Of a DNA stretch of 54,644 bases, positions 31,678 to 41,582 are shown in pieces. How positions within the stretch are numbered: the first letter of the stretch is position 1; every line of letters begins with the position of its first letter. Below the pieces are notes generated by a model. That model ran no database searches, was not told the origin of the DNA, and saw only the letters and a list, made by a program, of their open reading frames with translations. Origin of the DNA: a virus (Duplodnaviria; Caudoviricetes); IMG/VR virus record IMGVR_UViG_3300032268_001435, positions 1 through 54,644 of that record. One strand, 5' to 3'. The translations under genes were made by a program, and so were the position numbers.

Positions 31678-34600
31678 TTGAAACGTCTTTTGTGCTACCT
31701 TACACTCGTCTCAGCAATTTTCATTCCCAGTCTGGCCCGCTCACAAGCTCCTGACATTCGCAGCATTCGACCCGCTGTGATGCTTCTCATAGACACTTCA
31801 GGATCTATGCAGTATCGATCCGGATCGACGAGCGGCGTGCTGCCGACGTGCACCGGCAGCGGCACGGGCTTGAACGAGCGAAGCCGCTGGGCGACTGTGC
31901 TCGAGGCACTGACGGGCAGCTGGCCCTCTTACACGTGCACATCTAATAATCGCAGGTCCTACTCGGGTGCCCCCGACCAGTACTATCCGCTGCCCCACTT
32001 CGTGGTGCCTCCCACGGGCCAGCAGACCGACGGCATCCTCGACACGTACCTCAGTCGAGTGAAGTTCGGCCTGATGACGTACGACAACGTCTTCGGAGTT
32101 GTTAGAGCCGGTGACCCCGACACGTATCGCTATATGGTGCCACGGACTGTCTTCGAGGCTGCTGGTTTTGATGCCACTTTCAACCGCCTGATTTCAGGGG
32201 ACTTCTCCTACGGGTCCCCCCGCGTGCTTGGATTTCCTGGCTGCGCTGGGCAGTACATTGTAGATGCGGGAGCACGAAACACGAGTGCCCCCGCCGGTGC
32301 ACTTATTGCTTTTTCAAGTGACTCGCCTGTCGCAGGACAGTCAGCAGAGGATATCAACGCGCAGATCCAAGTGCAGCTCCTCAACGCTCGTCCGTATGGT
32401 GCAACACCCACAGCAGCCCTGCTCGACGACCTGAGATACTTTTTACAGAACGACTCGTCGACTCGCTCTGGATCCGGCGGGGACCCACTCGCCGCGTGCC
32501 GCTCCAGGTATTCCATTCTAATAACGGACGGTCAGCCCAGTGATCCCTACCGCGACAGCATGAACTGTGCGTCGGCAGGTCCGACCTGCCCGGCCGGTGG
32601 GTGCTCCTGCCCGTACGAGACACCCTCCACTATTGCTTCTGACCTCTGTCGATTCAGTGCAGCGCTGGGATCTTGCACTGGATCACTGAGGGGTCTTTAT
32701 GTTGTGGGATTTGATGTGGGCGATCCAGCAGCTCAGGCCGCGCTGAACGACCTCGCATCGATGGGAGGGACTGGAAGGGCACTCATTGCATCGGATCGAC
32801 TCGCTCTGATGTCAGCTCTCTCTGTCGCTCTCGATGTTGCGGCTCCTGGCACGACCACCCGGACCAGCCCATCATATGCAACGGGCGCGCAAGCATCCGG
32901 ATCTGGCAGTCAACTTGTTTTTAACTCTGGGTTTCAGATCCCCGCATCGAGCGCTCCCGCTGGGACACCATGGAGCGGTGTCCTCGATAGAACGAGATAT
33001 GTGTGCGATGCCTCTCTTGTTCCACAGCGTCAGGCCCTGGATGCAAGTCAGGACAGCTTTCACACGATCCTGAACAGTCGAAATCTCACCTCCTCACCGC
33101 GCGTTCTTTACACAGTCGCGACCTCAACTCCAGCCCAGATGTCGGGTGTGATCACAGGGCTGTCAGAGGACCTCGCACCCATCGGATCACTTCCGAACGT
33201 GGGACCTCCCATTGGTCCTGGATGTCGATCAGGATCTTCGACAGGAACGACGCCCACAACCGTGTCTCGTCTCTCTCTCACACAATTTAGCACCACAAAT
33301 TCCGCGCTCACACCCGACCACTTTGGCGTTCCCAGCGGAGGAACTACGTCCTCTAGAATCTCACTCAAGAACGACATTATAAATTGGGTCCACGGACAGG
33401 CAGGAACTGCACGTGCCACAAATCGATTTGGTGACATCTACCACTCGAATCCCGTGGTTGTGGGTCCACCCCGATCCGATCTCGCAGATGAGTCCTACAA
33501 CCTCTTTAGGCGTCGTCCTGATGTCTCAAATCGGCCCACTGTTGTGTATGTTGGAACAAATGACGGTGTGCTGCACGCTTTTGCTGCGGAGGCAATCACT
33601 CTTTCTTCAGGTCGATTGATTTCATCCGGTGAGGAAATTTGGGGATTTATCCCACCCGCGGTTGTCCCAAGGATTCGTGCGTCGATGTCAGGACGACAGG
33701 AGCTGCTTGATGGAACCCCTGTTGTTCGGGATGTCTTCTTTCGACGTCTTCCCGGTGATGCACCAACTGCCTCTTCATCAAGCCCAGGATCCTATCACAC
33801 TGTTCTTGTCATGGGATTGAGGGCAGGAGGAAATTCATATTTTGCGCTAGACGTGACGGATCCCATTAATCCTACATTTCTGTGGCAATTCACTAGTAGA
33901 AATATGGGCCAGACGTACGCGAGGCCGGCCCTCGGCCAATTTCTCGTGGATATTGATGGCGCACTACAAGAGCGGGCGTTGGCTCTCCTCCCAGGCGGAA
34001 GGGGTGTGTCTGATGCAGTTCTGGCAGCATCTTCAACATCTTGCGCTCCACAGGGCGCGGGACCCGCGCCTGTGTCTGGAAACACTACGACAAGTAGATC
34101 ATCCCAGCGGTGCTGGAGCTGTGCCGGAAGGGATCTCTACTGGATCGATATTGCAACAGGTAAGATCGTTCAGACACTTGACAATAGAGTGTTTAATGCC
34201 CCACTCATGGGCGGCATCTCACTATTCCCTGGCGACGCGGGGACTGTCACCACGAGGGCTTTCCTGACTGACTCTGATGGCGTCATTTGGCGCGTCGACA
34301 CCTCAAACCCGAGGTACAATTCACTTTCCAATGGCTGGACAGCAGCTCCATTTCACGACATCTTCTGGGATGCCTCTTCCAGAAGCGGTATTGCCGGAAT
34401 GGAGCCTCCTGTCATCTCAACTGACGGAAATGGGCAGGTTGTGGTCCTGCAGGCGACTGGAAATAGTGATGTGTTCGATGATGGCACTGTCCTAAACAGG
34501 GTCGTATCGCTCACAGAAAGGCTTTCTTACGCAACTGTGGGAGGATCTTCCGTGGCGATTCCAACGACAGTTCTCAACTGGGAGGTTCGACTTCGACCTG

Positions 34601-35106
34601 GTGAGATTGTCACTGGACCGATGGATCTTTACTCGGGAAATGCTTATTTTGGTTCGTTCGAGGCAACGTCAGGCACTGATGCCTGTCAGTATGGTCAGAG
34701 TCGCATCTGGGGTGTGAACTACACAGCAGGAAGTGGATCTGTTCCAGTCGGATACTCATCTTACATTATGGATCGTTTTCCAAGGCCTGCGATGGAGTCA
34801 ACTTTAGGTTCTGGTGTCTACGATGCACATTTTATTGGTCCCTACCTGAACCAGATGGTTATGGGTGTGTCGGTGACGCAGCAGGTCACCTGTGTGAGTG
34901 GCACCGATGTTTTTGATCCCTATGTTGGCAGGAGATTCAATGTGTCTGAGACAGGAGGTGGCGCATTTCAGCTCACCGCACAGATTAGCGGTGCTAGCGG
35001 TGCTGGAATTCCTGGGGCTACTACAGTCCAGACAATGACACGAACGCTTCCGTCACCTGTTGCATACACACGCGTATATGCATGGGTTCCTCAAGCTGAC
35101 CTGTGA
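31678..35106 (+). CDS. pilY1: PilY1/PilC-like type IV pilus adhesin (signal peptide, VWA domain, beta-propeller)
   Basis: GGAGG + TTG start; signal peptide; MIDAS DTSGS..LITDG; GDIYHSNP, VYVGTNDGVLHAF, EIWGFIP, DGTP and GGNSYFALDVTDP motifs. Confidence 0.88.
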   Translation: MKRLLCYLTLVSAIFIPSLARSQAPDIRSIRPAVMLLIDTSGSMQYRSGSTSGVLPTCTGSGTGLNERSRWATVLEALTGSWPSYTCTSNNRRSYSGAPDQYYPLPHFVVPPTGQQTDGILDTYLSRVKFGLMTYDNVFGVVRAGDPDTYRYMVPRTVFEAAGFDATFNRLISGDFSYGSPRVLGFPGCAGQYIVDAGARNTSAPAGALIAFSSDSPVAGQSAEDINAQIQVQLLNARPYGATPTAALLDDLRYFLQNDSSTRSGSGGDPLAACRSRYSILITDGQPSDPYRDSMNCASAGPTCPAGGCSCPYETPSTIASDLCRFSAALGSCTGSLRGLYVVGFDVGDPAAQAALNDLASMGGTGRALIASDRLALMSALSVALDVAAPGTTTRTSPSYATGAQASGSGSQLVFNSGFQIPASSAPAGTPWSGVLDRTRYVCDASLVPQRQALDASQDSFHTILNSRNLTSSPRVLYTVATSTPAQMSGVITGLSEDLAPIGSLPNVGPPIGPGCRSGSSTGTTPTTVSRLSLTQFSTTNSALTPDHFGVPSGGTTSSRISLKNDIINWVHGQAGTARATNRFGDIYHSNPVVVGPPRSDLADESYNLFRRRPDVSNRPTVVYVGTNDGVLHAFAAEAITLSSGRLISSGEEIWGFIPPAVVPRIRASMSGRQELLDGTPVVRDVFFRRLPGDAPTASSSSPGSYHTVLVMGLRAGGNSYFALDVTDPINPTFLWQFTSRNMGQTYARPALGQFLVDIDGALQERALALLPGGRGVSDAVLAASSTSCAPQGAGPAPVSGNTTTSRSSQRCWSCAGRDLYWIDIATGKIVQTLDNRVFNAPLMGGISLFPGDAGTVTTRAFLTDSDGVIWRVDTSNPRYNSLSNGWTAAPFHDIFWDASSRSGIAGMEPPVISTDGNGQVVVLQATGNSDVFDDGTVLNRVVSLTERLSYATVGGSSVAIPTTVLNWEVRLRPGEIVTGPMDLYSGNAYFGSFEATSGTDACQYGQSRIWGVNYTAGSGSVPVGYSSYIMDRFPRPAMESTLGSGVYDAHFIGPYLNQMVMGVSVTQQVTCVSGTDVFDPYVGRRFNVSETGGGAFQLTAQISGASGAGIPGATTVQTMTRTLPSPVAYTRVYAWVPQADL

Positions 35107-35118
35107 TTAAAACAAAGC

Positions 35119-35139
35119 AGCCCAGAATCGTTCTGGGCT
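35119..35139. terminator. hairpin between convergent genes
   Basis: AGCCCAGAA-TCG-TTCTGGGCT flanked by A- and T-rich tracts. Confidence 0.65.
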
Positions 35140-35171
35140 TACTTTCTCTGATTCTTTGTATGTAACGGTGG

Positions 35172-35822
35172 TTACTTCCTGGAGGCCTTCCAGGAATCAC
35201 GGACGATGTCCGTGAGGTGGTCCAGTAGGCCCTCCATGTCCTCCCTGTGGACTCTCGCCTTTATCTCAAATTCATCACCCACCTGAAGCACCTCGAGGTC
35301 GCTCTGAGTGGGTGAACCTATTTTAATTCCGCAGATCTCGTCCTCTGAAATGGGCGACATGTTCCATAGATCCACACAGACATTGATTCGATTTCCATCA
35401 ACAATGGGTCCGCTGTGCTTGTGACCGTGAATCTGTAGATCACAGCCACTTAGCAGCACACTTGGGAGAGGCTTGTGACACAGAAGTGCGCGCCTGCCGT
35501 TCTTTAGGACTATTGTGAGCTTCCTGTGTGCTTCGTCGAATCCGTGATCCAGCATTGTCCTTGGTGACCTGTCGTGGTTTCCGAGGATCAGTATTTTTCT
35601 ACCGTTCATGCGTGCGATGATGGGTTTTGCATCTGCGGGATTGCCAAGGAAAACATCACCCACGACGTAGACGGTGTCATCAGGTGATATCCTGCTGTTC
35701 CAGTTTGAGACGATGAGCTCATTCATCTCATTGATACTGGTGACCTTTCGATCACAGTATTTTATGATATTTTCATGATTTAGGTGTAGGTCTGATGTGA
35801 ACCAGTTCAATTTATACTCCAA
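35172..35822 (-). CDS. calcineurin-like metallophosphoesterase
   Basis: SDLH, GD, GNHD and HGHxH motifs. Confidence 0.92.
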   Translation of the reverse strand: MEYKLNWFTSDLHLNHENIIKYCDRKVTSINEMNELIVSNWNSRISPDDTVYVVGDVFLGNPADAKPIIARMNGRKILILGNHDRSPRTMLDHGFDEAHRKLTIVLKNGRRALLCHKPLPSVLLSGCDLQIHGHKHSGPIVDGNRINVCVDLWNMSPISEDEICGIKIGSPTQSDLEVLQVGDEFEIKARVHREDMEGLLDHLTDIVRDSWKASRK

Positions 35823-36840
35823 GTATTGACTTGACCCTCTTTGCCTGCTGCGTGTTTAGATCCCGAAGCTTTTTCTCCTGCGCAGGAGTGATATCCCGAG
35901 ATACCTTCCTGCCAACGTTGTCCTCCATACCCTCGACAAATGAGTTGTAGACTGTTGAAAGCATGTCGTTTAGATCAATTTCACCGGCTGCTGCAAGAGT
36001 TCTTGCGAGTCCTAAAATACCATAGCACATATCGACCAAATTTACATTATCTGGATCAAGTCCTGGATGACTTTCAAGCAATGAGTCAGGTGTGTACTCA
36101 CCCTTTATGATGTAATCTGCAATGTCTCGAAAGAAAGTCCTGAAGTTTGTCGAGATGGACTTGTATGTTATCCCGGTTCTAAATTTTGATGGAACTCTCT
36201 CACCGTCCTTGAGACGTGCAAGAACTCCTTCCGTTCCGATTGTAATGACCAAGTAATCTCCCAGAGCCTTGTAAAGATTACCTGTGACGTATCCCTTAAT
36301 ACCCCTCTCTGGGCTGTATCTACCCTTCATCCACTCAGTGTAGGGTGGGTGTGTGATGACCGTGTCGACCTGTACAAGTCCCACATTTGGAACTCTGACA
36401 ATGATCATCTGTGGGTTTCCTTTCAGGGTGAGATCAGCGTCAATCTCACTTGGGCGCACTGTGCTTATGTACTCGGAAAGATAGTCTAAGTACTGCTTGA
36501 CAGATGCTGCCTCTTCCTTCCTCATCACACCTGCTTCATCTGATGTGTATTCTACAGGAAATGAAACAAGGTAGTCGATATCGCCATACACTGCATCAGG
36601 TCTATCGATGATGTCCTTCTCAGCATGGACTGATGATCCTGTTGGTCGAACTGGATTTATAGGAGACACACCAAGAGCTTCTAGCCACAGGTTAAACCCC
36701 TTGAGAAAGCTTCTGTATATCTCAGCTGCATCCCTGACAATGACGGGTGTGAGATCTTTTCTCTCCTCGGGTGGAAGCTTTAAGCCTCCCTCGACAATAT
36801 ATGACTCTATGAGTTTTCTAAGGATTCTAATTGTGTTCAT
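35812..36840 (-). CDS. nucleotidyltransferase-like protein with LRxLIE N-terminus
   Basis: TGS..YGDIDY..VQVD pattern (Pol-beta-like). Confidence 0.6.
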   Translation of the reverse strand: MNTIRILRKLIESYIVEGGLKLPPEERKDLTPVIVRDAAEIYRSFLKGFNLWLEALGVSPINPVRPTGSSVHAEKDIIDRPDAVYGDIDYLVSFPVEYTSDEAGVMRKEEAASVKQYLDYLSEYISTVRPSEIDADLTLKGNPQMIIVRVPNVGLVQVDTVITHPPYTEWMKGRYSPERGIKGYVTGNLYKALGDYLVITIGTEGVLARLKDGERVPSKFRTGITYKSISTNFRTFFRDIADYIIKGEYTPDSLLESHPGLDPDNVNLVDMCYGILGLARTLAAAGEIDLNDMLSTVYNSFVEGMEDNVGRKVSRDITPAQEKKLRDLNTQQAKRVKSILGV

Positions 36841-36985
36841 TTAATTGTCTCTACTGAAGCAATTTTAAATATGTGTTCTGTACTGCTGTGTACGAATAGT
36901 TACCTAAGAATTGTCCCTGCTAAGAGTAATGTAAATTTAGAATAATTTGACTATAATTTATTGTCATGTCACTCACGGAGGCACC

Positions 36986-37177
36986 TTGAGCACAGAAACT
37001 GTAAATAACATCAAGAAGTCTGTGTGGATCCTGTGGGAGTGGTCTGTGGGTCGCAAAGATCAAAATGTTATTGGAATTTATTCTTCATGGGAATCTGCAC
37101 GTGAAGAAGCAAATCAACGAAGGCAATCTTCTCCTGGCAAAGAACACGATTGGGAGGAGTGGGAGTTACGAGAGTGA
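36986..37177 (+). CDS. small hypothetical protein
   Basis: GGAGG SD + TTG; VIGIYSSWESA. Confidence 0.65.
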   Translation: MSTETVNNIKKSVWILWEWSVGRKDQNVIGIYSSWESAREEANQRRQSSPGKEHDWEEWELRE

Positions 37178-37548
37178 GTGTGAAAAAACATTTACTACCA
37201 GTCCCAGAAGGACGTCTATTAAGAGTTGTCAGGGGTGATAGTAGCTTTGTTTTTTTACACGAAGACTCTGATCTAGAAACCGTTAGAGGTCTTCTATACA
37301 CAACATCTAACACAGTAAAGACAAAACTTGGATGTGTGGATATTCCCTTAGGTTCACTTGTTTTGTGTATGGGTGCTGTAGAAGGACCTTACCCATATTG
37401 GATTGAGGTTGAGGGAGAACCGCCTCGGGATGATATTCCAGGTGCTACATCATATCAAAGATCGACAGAAGCACTTATCATGTGGGATGGAAAACTGGTC
37501 ACACTTCCGTGGAATGCAAAAATTCTTGAGATTATAGATGAACAGTGA
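37174..37548 (+). CDS. hypothetical protein
   Basis: GTGA overlap. Confidence 0.65.
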   Translation: MSVKKHLLPVPEGRLLRVVRGDSSFVFLHEDSDLETVRGLLYTTSNTVKTKLGCVDIPLGSLVLCMGAVEGPYPYWIEVEGEPPRDDIPGATSYQRSTEALIMWDGKLVTLPWNAKILEIIDEQ

Positions 37549-37852
37549 TCCGCAAGACTTTTCAATAGGCGACCTTGTCGTTCTCAGCACAGAGAAATCA
37601 TCTGTGAGGCAAAATGTATCTTCAGACAGTCTGTACTATAAAGGATTCTACAAGACAATAATTCCCATGAGCAGCAGACCAAGCAGCGGCTGGAGAAGGT
37701 GGGTGGGCCCAAAAAAGATTAATGTAGCAGGAATCATACTTGGATCCGCATCCGCTAGACAGACAGATAATTTTGAACGCGCCTATGTGCTTTGGGACGG
37801 TGAGATAGTAGAATCCCGCTGCAATCACTTAAAAAAAGTTCAGGGATTATAA
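37538..37852 (+). CDS. SH3-like protein
   Basis: FSIGDLVVL..AGIILG..YVLWDG. Confidence 0.65.
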   Translation: MNSDPQDFSIGDLVVLSTEKSSVRQNVSSDSLYYKGFYKTIIPMSSRPSSGWRRWVGPKKINVAGIILGSASARQTDNFERAYVLWDGEIVESRCNHLKKVQGL

Positions 37853-38178
37853 TGAATAAGAAGCACTTGAAGATAGGAATGATTCTAAAGTGCCGCCCAG
37901 ACACAATCATAGGTTATTTTCCATATAATGAAAACAGGGCAGATCAGTACATTGTTGTAAGACCAAAGTCACTCATTGTTGGAAGTGGAAATTTCTATGA
38001 CAGCAGTGGTGAGGTTTTGGTTTATGTTGGAGAGAAAAAAGAAAAAGTGACATCAAAACAGATGTCACTTTTTGAATCAATCTTAGAAAAGAACTTAGCT
38101 GTACACGAAGTTTTGTGGCGTGGTTCTGTGTTTAGAATTCGTGAAAGTACACTGAAGTACGTTTTTCCTCTGCGATAG
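37852..38178 (+). CDS. SH3-like protein
   Basis: LKIGMILK..HEVLWRG. Confidence 0.65.
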   Translation: MNKKHLKIGMILKCRPDTIIGYFPYNENRADQYIVVRPKSLIVGSGNFYDSSGEVLVYVGEKKEKVTSKQMSLFESILEKNLAVHEVLWRGSVFRIRESTLKYVFPLR

Positions 38179-38276
38179 ATTACAAATAAGTATCGAAAGA
38201 AGTCAATTTCCATTCTTGGTCATTATTTATAGACAAATTAGAGTGCATTGTTTGCACTATTCATGGAGAGGCTCGA

Positions 38277-39119
38277 ATGACCAAGATTTCTCGGGATCAA
38301 TTGCGCAGAATTATTAGAGAGACGAAGGCATCTGTAGATGCTGAATCTTCAAAGAAGTCAACACTTTCAGAATCAACCCTCAAGGACATCAGTACCTTGA
38401 ATGAAGCAAAGAAGGCAGTTGCACTTCACGAAGCTCGTCTTGTGAAGCAGCTTAATGAGTACACTGATCTAAATGCAACAATTAGCGCATCCAGCGAAGT
38501 TGTTGATGTGCTCAATGAAAAGTTCTTCAGCAAGATAGGCCAGGGTCTATCCGCTATGGGTAAGTCTATCGCTAGATCAGCTGTTCCTGGTTACACAGGA
38601 TACGGAGGCGCTACGACAGCTGACATCGCAGCTGAGATTCCTGAGATGAAAGCTCTAGAAAAGGGTCTTAAGGCCGTAAATGTTGCTGCAAAGACAGCAA
38701 AGAGCAAGAAGATCTCTGACACTGATGCAGTTGGCGTTGCTATGATGGATTATGTGAAGTCACTCACAGATCTTTACAGCGAATTTAAGAACGTAGAGAC
38801 TGATGAAAAGGTGAAACGAGCTCTTCCTGATGTGCTTCCAAAGCTTTCTGCTGCATTCAAAGATGCAAGAGAGTTTATTGGTAGAGTTGCAATAGAGGCT
38901 CAAAATGCCTCTGAGGAGCTTTATAAGGCACTTAGAGGTTCAGAGCTTCTCAAGATGAGTGAACCAGAGACAGGTGGCGCAGTTGCTCTTGATGCTGATG
39001 TCTCTAGCGCTAGTGCAAAGAGGGGTGATATTTCTGGTCGTGCAAGAGGCAAGCAGACATCAGGCGGCGCTCTCGCAGGTGCTGGTCCAACAGCAGGTGG
39101 AATCGCAGGTTCTCGCTGA
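38277..39119 (+). CDS. putative virion/internal head protein
   Basis: MTKISRDQLRRIIRE N-terminus; repeated LSE/LNE sites; A/K/G-rich. Confidence 0.6.
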   Translation: MTKISRDQLRRIIRETKASVDAESSKKSTLSESTLKDISTLNEAKKAVALHEARLVKQLNEYTDLNATISASSEVVDVLNEKFFSKIGQGLSAMGKSIARSAVPGYTGYGGATTADIAAEIPEMKALEKGLKAVNVAAKTAKSKKISDTDAVGVAMMDYVKSLTDLYSEFKNVETDEKVKRALPDVLPKLSAAFKDAREFIGRVAIEAQNASEELYKALRGSELLKMSEPETGGAVALDADVSSASAKRGDISGRARGKQTSGGALAGAGPTAGGIAGSR

Positions 39120-39124
39120 TCTAA

Positions 39125-39385
39125 TTAGCTACTTGTCAGAGAAGCGGCGGAGACCCATCCGATCTTCTCTCCCCACATCACTTTGACATAAGCACCACAA
39201 GCATCCGCATCCACAACAAGTGCATGCGGATGCTTTTTTTCTTCATAAATTTCACTTGCATAATTCCATCGTGTGAGATCTGGTCCAAACTCATTCTTTT
39301 CACGCCAAAAAATTGCATTCTTGGAGTGAAATCTAACCACAACACCTTCAACATGATGATTTTGTGACCATCTAAAATTGAACAT
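39125..39385 (-). CDS. small SH3-like protein
   Basis: AAGGAG SD; GTGCAT-N17-TATGAT upstream; VKVMWGEKIGWV. Confidence 0.7.
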   Translation of the reverse strand: MFNFRWSQNHHVEGVVVRFHSKNAIFWREKNEFGPDLTRWNYASEIYEEKKHPHALVVDADACGAYVKVMWGEKIGWVSAASLTSS

Positions 39386-39519
39386 ATTGTCTCCTTGTTA
39401 ACATCATATAACAACTACAGACATTATGCACAAAAATAATTTTTAGGGGTTTTCGAACTATAAAGAGTGTTTATCGTCCTTTTGTCCGATTCGGACGTCA
39501 AAAATAAGGAGATAATTTA

Positions 39520-39957
39520 ATGACTCGCATTTTTCCAATTCGCTGGTGGTCTGATTTAACAACCAATTCTCTTGATGAGTTTGACAGCATTTTTGACGCG
39601 CTCGTTGGCACAAGAGTTATCTCAAGAGACAGCTCACACACTGTTCCCAGAGCCAACGTTCAGCAACTTGAAGAAGGTTATGTTATTAAATTAGCTGCAC
39701 CTGGATTTTCTAAAAGTGATTTCAAGATACACACAGATGCAGAATGTCTGACAATTTCTGCTAAGTCTGAAACTGCTGAGTCTGATTCTCAATTCTCTTC
39801 TAGAGAATATGCTTATGATGAATTTACCAGATCCTGGAAACTTCCGACTTCTGTGAATGCTGCAGATCTCACTGCCAGGTATGAATCAGGTATTTTAAGT
39901 GTAATGCTTCCCACACACAAAAAAAAATCTGATCGATTTGAAATCAAAGTTGAATGA
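39520..39957 (+). CDS. small heat shock protein (Hsp20)
   Basis: PRANV..APGF.K..FTRSWKLP..ARYESGIL. Confidence 0.93.
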   Translation: MTRIFPIRWWSDLTTNSLDEFDSIFDALVGTRVISRDSSHTVPRANVQQLEEGYVIKLAAPGFSKSDFKIHTDAECLTISAKSETAESDSQFSSREYAYDEFTRSWKLPTSVNAADLTARYESGILSVMLPTHKKKSDRFEIKVE

Positions 39958-39978
39958 TTTTAGATATTAGTTCTGTAT

Positions 39979-40005
39979 AATGCGGTGGGTATTATCCACC
40001 GCATT
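39979..40005 (+). terminator. hairpin terminator after hsp20
   Basis: AATGCGGTGGGT / ATCCACCGCATT followed by GCTTTT. Confidence 0.7.
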
Positions 40006-40040
40006 GCTTTTAAAGCAAAACAGAATGCATAATTACAGGA

Positions 40041-40427
40041 ATGGTTCTCAGAAGAAAATTATATCTCACAAAGACACAGTTATATCTTACATTACTTTCT
40101 GCTTCAATAATAGCAGTTTCTAGTGCGGTCCTTGCCCAGGAAGACTCAAACAAAGAAGATCCTGGACAACTAGATGTGTCTGCTGAGGAATACGATCCAG
40201 TTCATTTTATTCCGTCTGATGAAGACAGAGAAAGATTCTTAAGAATTGAACAGGGTTCATCATGTGAGATAAATGATCTTCTATATGTTCAGGATACGAT
40301 GACATCTAATAATCAAGTGAGAAACTCAGCGATTTTAAATCATTCATCAGATGACATTCTGATGACAATATGGTCAAGAGAAATTTCAGACTCATTTACA
40401 CAATCGTGTGAGGGTTCAAATGAGTGA
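40041..40427 (+). CDS. secreted or membrane-anchored acidic protein
   Basis: Signal-peptide-like N-terminus. Confidence 0.65.
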   Translation: MVLRRKLYLTKTQLYLTLLSASIIAVSSAVLAQEDSNKEDPGQLDVSAEEYDPVHFIPSDEDRERFLRIEQGSSCEINDLLYVQDTMTSNNQVRNSAILNHSSDDILMTIWSREISDSFTQSCEGSNE

Positions 40428-40707
40428 TTTAGAAATTCGTCTTCTACGGAGACTGATTCGTGAAGAGATAGGTCATAATTTCTCAACTCGTAATAATGAT
40501 CCCATACAGTATTATGAAACCGCACCTGTCGATGTTTCAATCTATCCTGTTGATACTGGATTTTACGTGGAAATAAAAGTTCCACAGGATGAGTCTCTTT
40601 CAACTTACACACATAGTTTTAAGACTAAGGATGAGGCAGAGCTCTTCGCCCGAAAATATGTTGACTTTGTAAAGAAGACGCTTGACCAAAAAGATCCCGC
40701 CTATTGA
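40420..40707 (+). CDS. hypothetical protein with LLRRLIREE N-terminus
   Basis: Shared N-terminal motif. Confidence 0.7.
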   Translation: MSDLEIRLLRRLIREEIGHNFSTRNNDPIQYYETAPVDVSIYPVDTGFYVEIKVPQDESLSTYTHSFKTKDEAELFARKYVDFVKKTLDQKDPAY

Positions 40708-41519
40708 CTTTCAATTGTTCTTGAAATTCTTCTAATATCATCCAAAGAAGCTGATATTGCTATATTTTCAAAGTCTGTGAATGCTGAGTGTATCACGCCC
40801 ACAATTTCTCCGCTGTTGTTAAGAATTGCAGATCCTGAACTTCCTGGACCAGTGGGGATTGTATAGTAGCTCCTATTTCCAGAATCTCTGCCTACATATC
40901 GACCCTCAAAAATAGGGACCATTCTTGGTTCAAATATTCCTAATGGAGAGGCTACATTGTAAACAAGATCTCCCACTTCAGGGCCAATCGAAGAGATTGG
41001 AACTGGATTACCCCATATACCTGGAGTCACTACAATGCATATGTCATTGTCATCATCTGACGAGAACACACTTGTTAAATGTGTGTTTCCATAGTAATCA
41101 ACTGATGTCAATACTGATCTTTGCTCAATAGAGATCTCTGCAGCTCCTCGCAGCGTTGTAATTCTCATCGAGTAGTTTCTTCTATCTCGACACACATGTG
41201 CTGCAGTCAAAATAAATGTCATTTCTCTACTGTGCCTTATGATCATTCCAGATCCGTTTCCTGACATCGTGACAGGATTCATCGAATCTGTAAAATCTGT
41301 ACATGATGTATCAGGAGGTAGTGAAATACACCCAGTAGGAACCGACGACATATCAATGTCTAGCTTTACAAAAGATGTGTATCTCCACACTCTTCTATCA
41401 GAAATATGAGGTACAGATGATGGTGTGCATGATTCCATGAACAGAATAGGAATTATTAAAATCAAAGTCAATATAAGAATACTTGATGTCTTTGCTATCT
41501 CGGTAAAGACGTCTTTCAT
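40701..41519 (-). CDS. trypsin-like serine protease, membrane-anchored or lipoprotein
   Basis: LTAAHVC, ND and GPGSSGS triad motifs. Confidence 0.9.
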   Translation of the reverse strand: MKDVFTEIAKTSSILILTLILIIPILFMESCTPSSVPHISDRRVWRYTSFVKLDIDMSSVPTGCISLPPDTSCTDFTDSMNPVTMSGNGSGMIIRHSREMTFILTAAHVCRDRRNYSMRITTLRGAAEISIEQRSVLTSVDYYGNTHLTSVFSSDDDNDICIVVTPGIWGNPVPISSIGPEVGDLVYNVASPLGIFEPRMVPIFEGRYVGRDSGNRSYYTIPTGPGSSGSAILNNSGEIVGVIHSAFTDFENIAISASLDDIRRISRTIESQ

Positions 41520-41582
41520 ATTTCTAAGTATGTTTACTTTTTACACCTTTGATGTGAAGTCGTATTCTATAGACTGAACATT

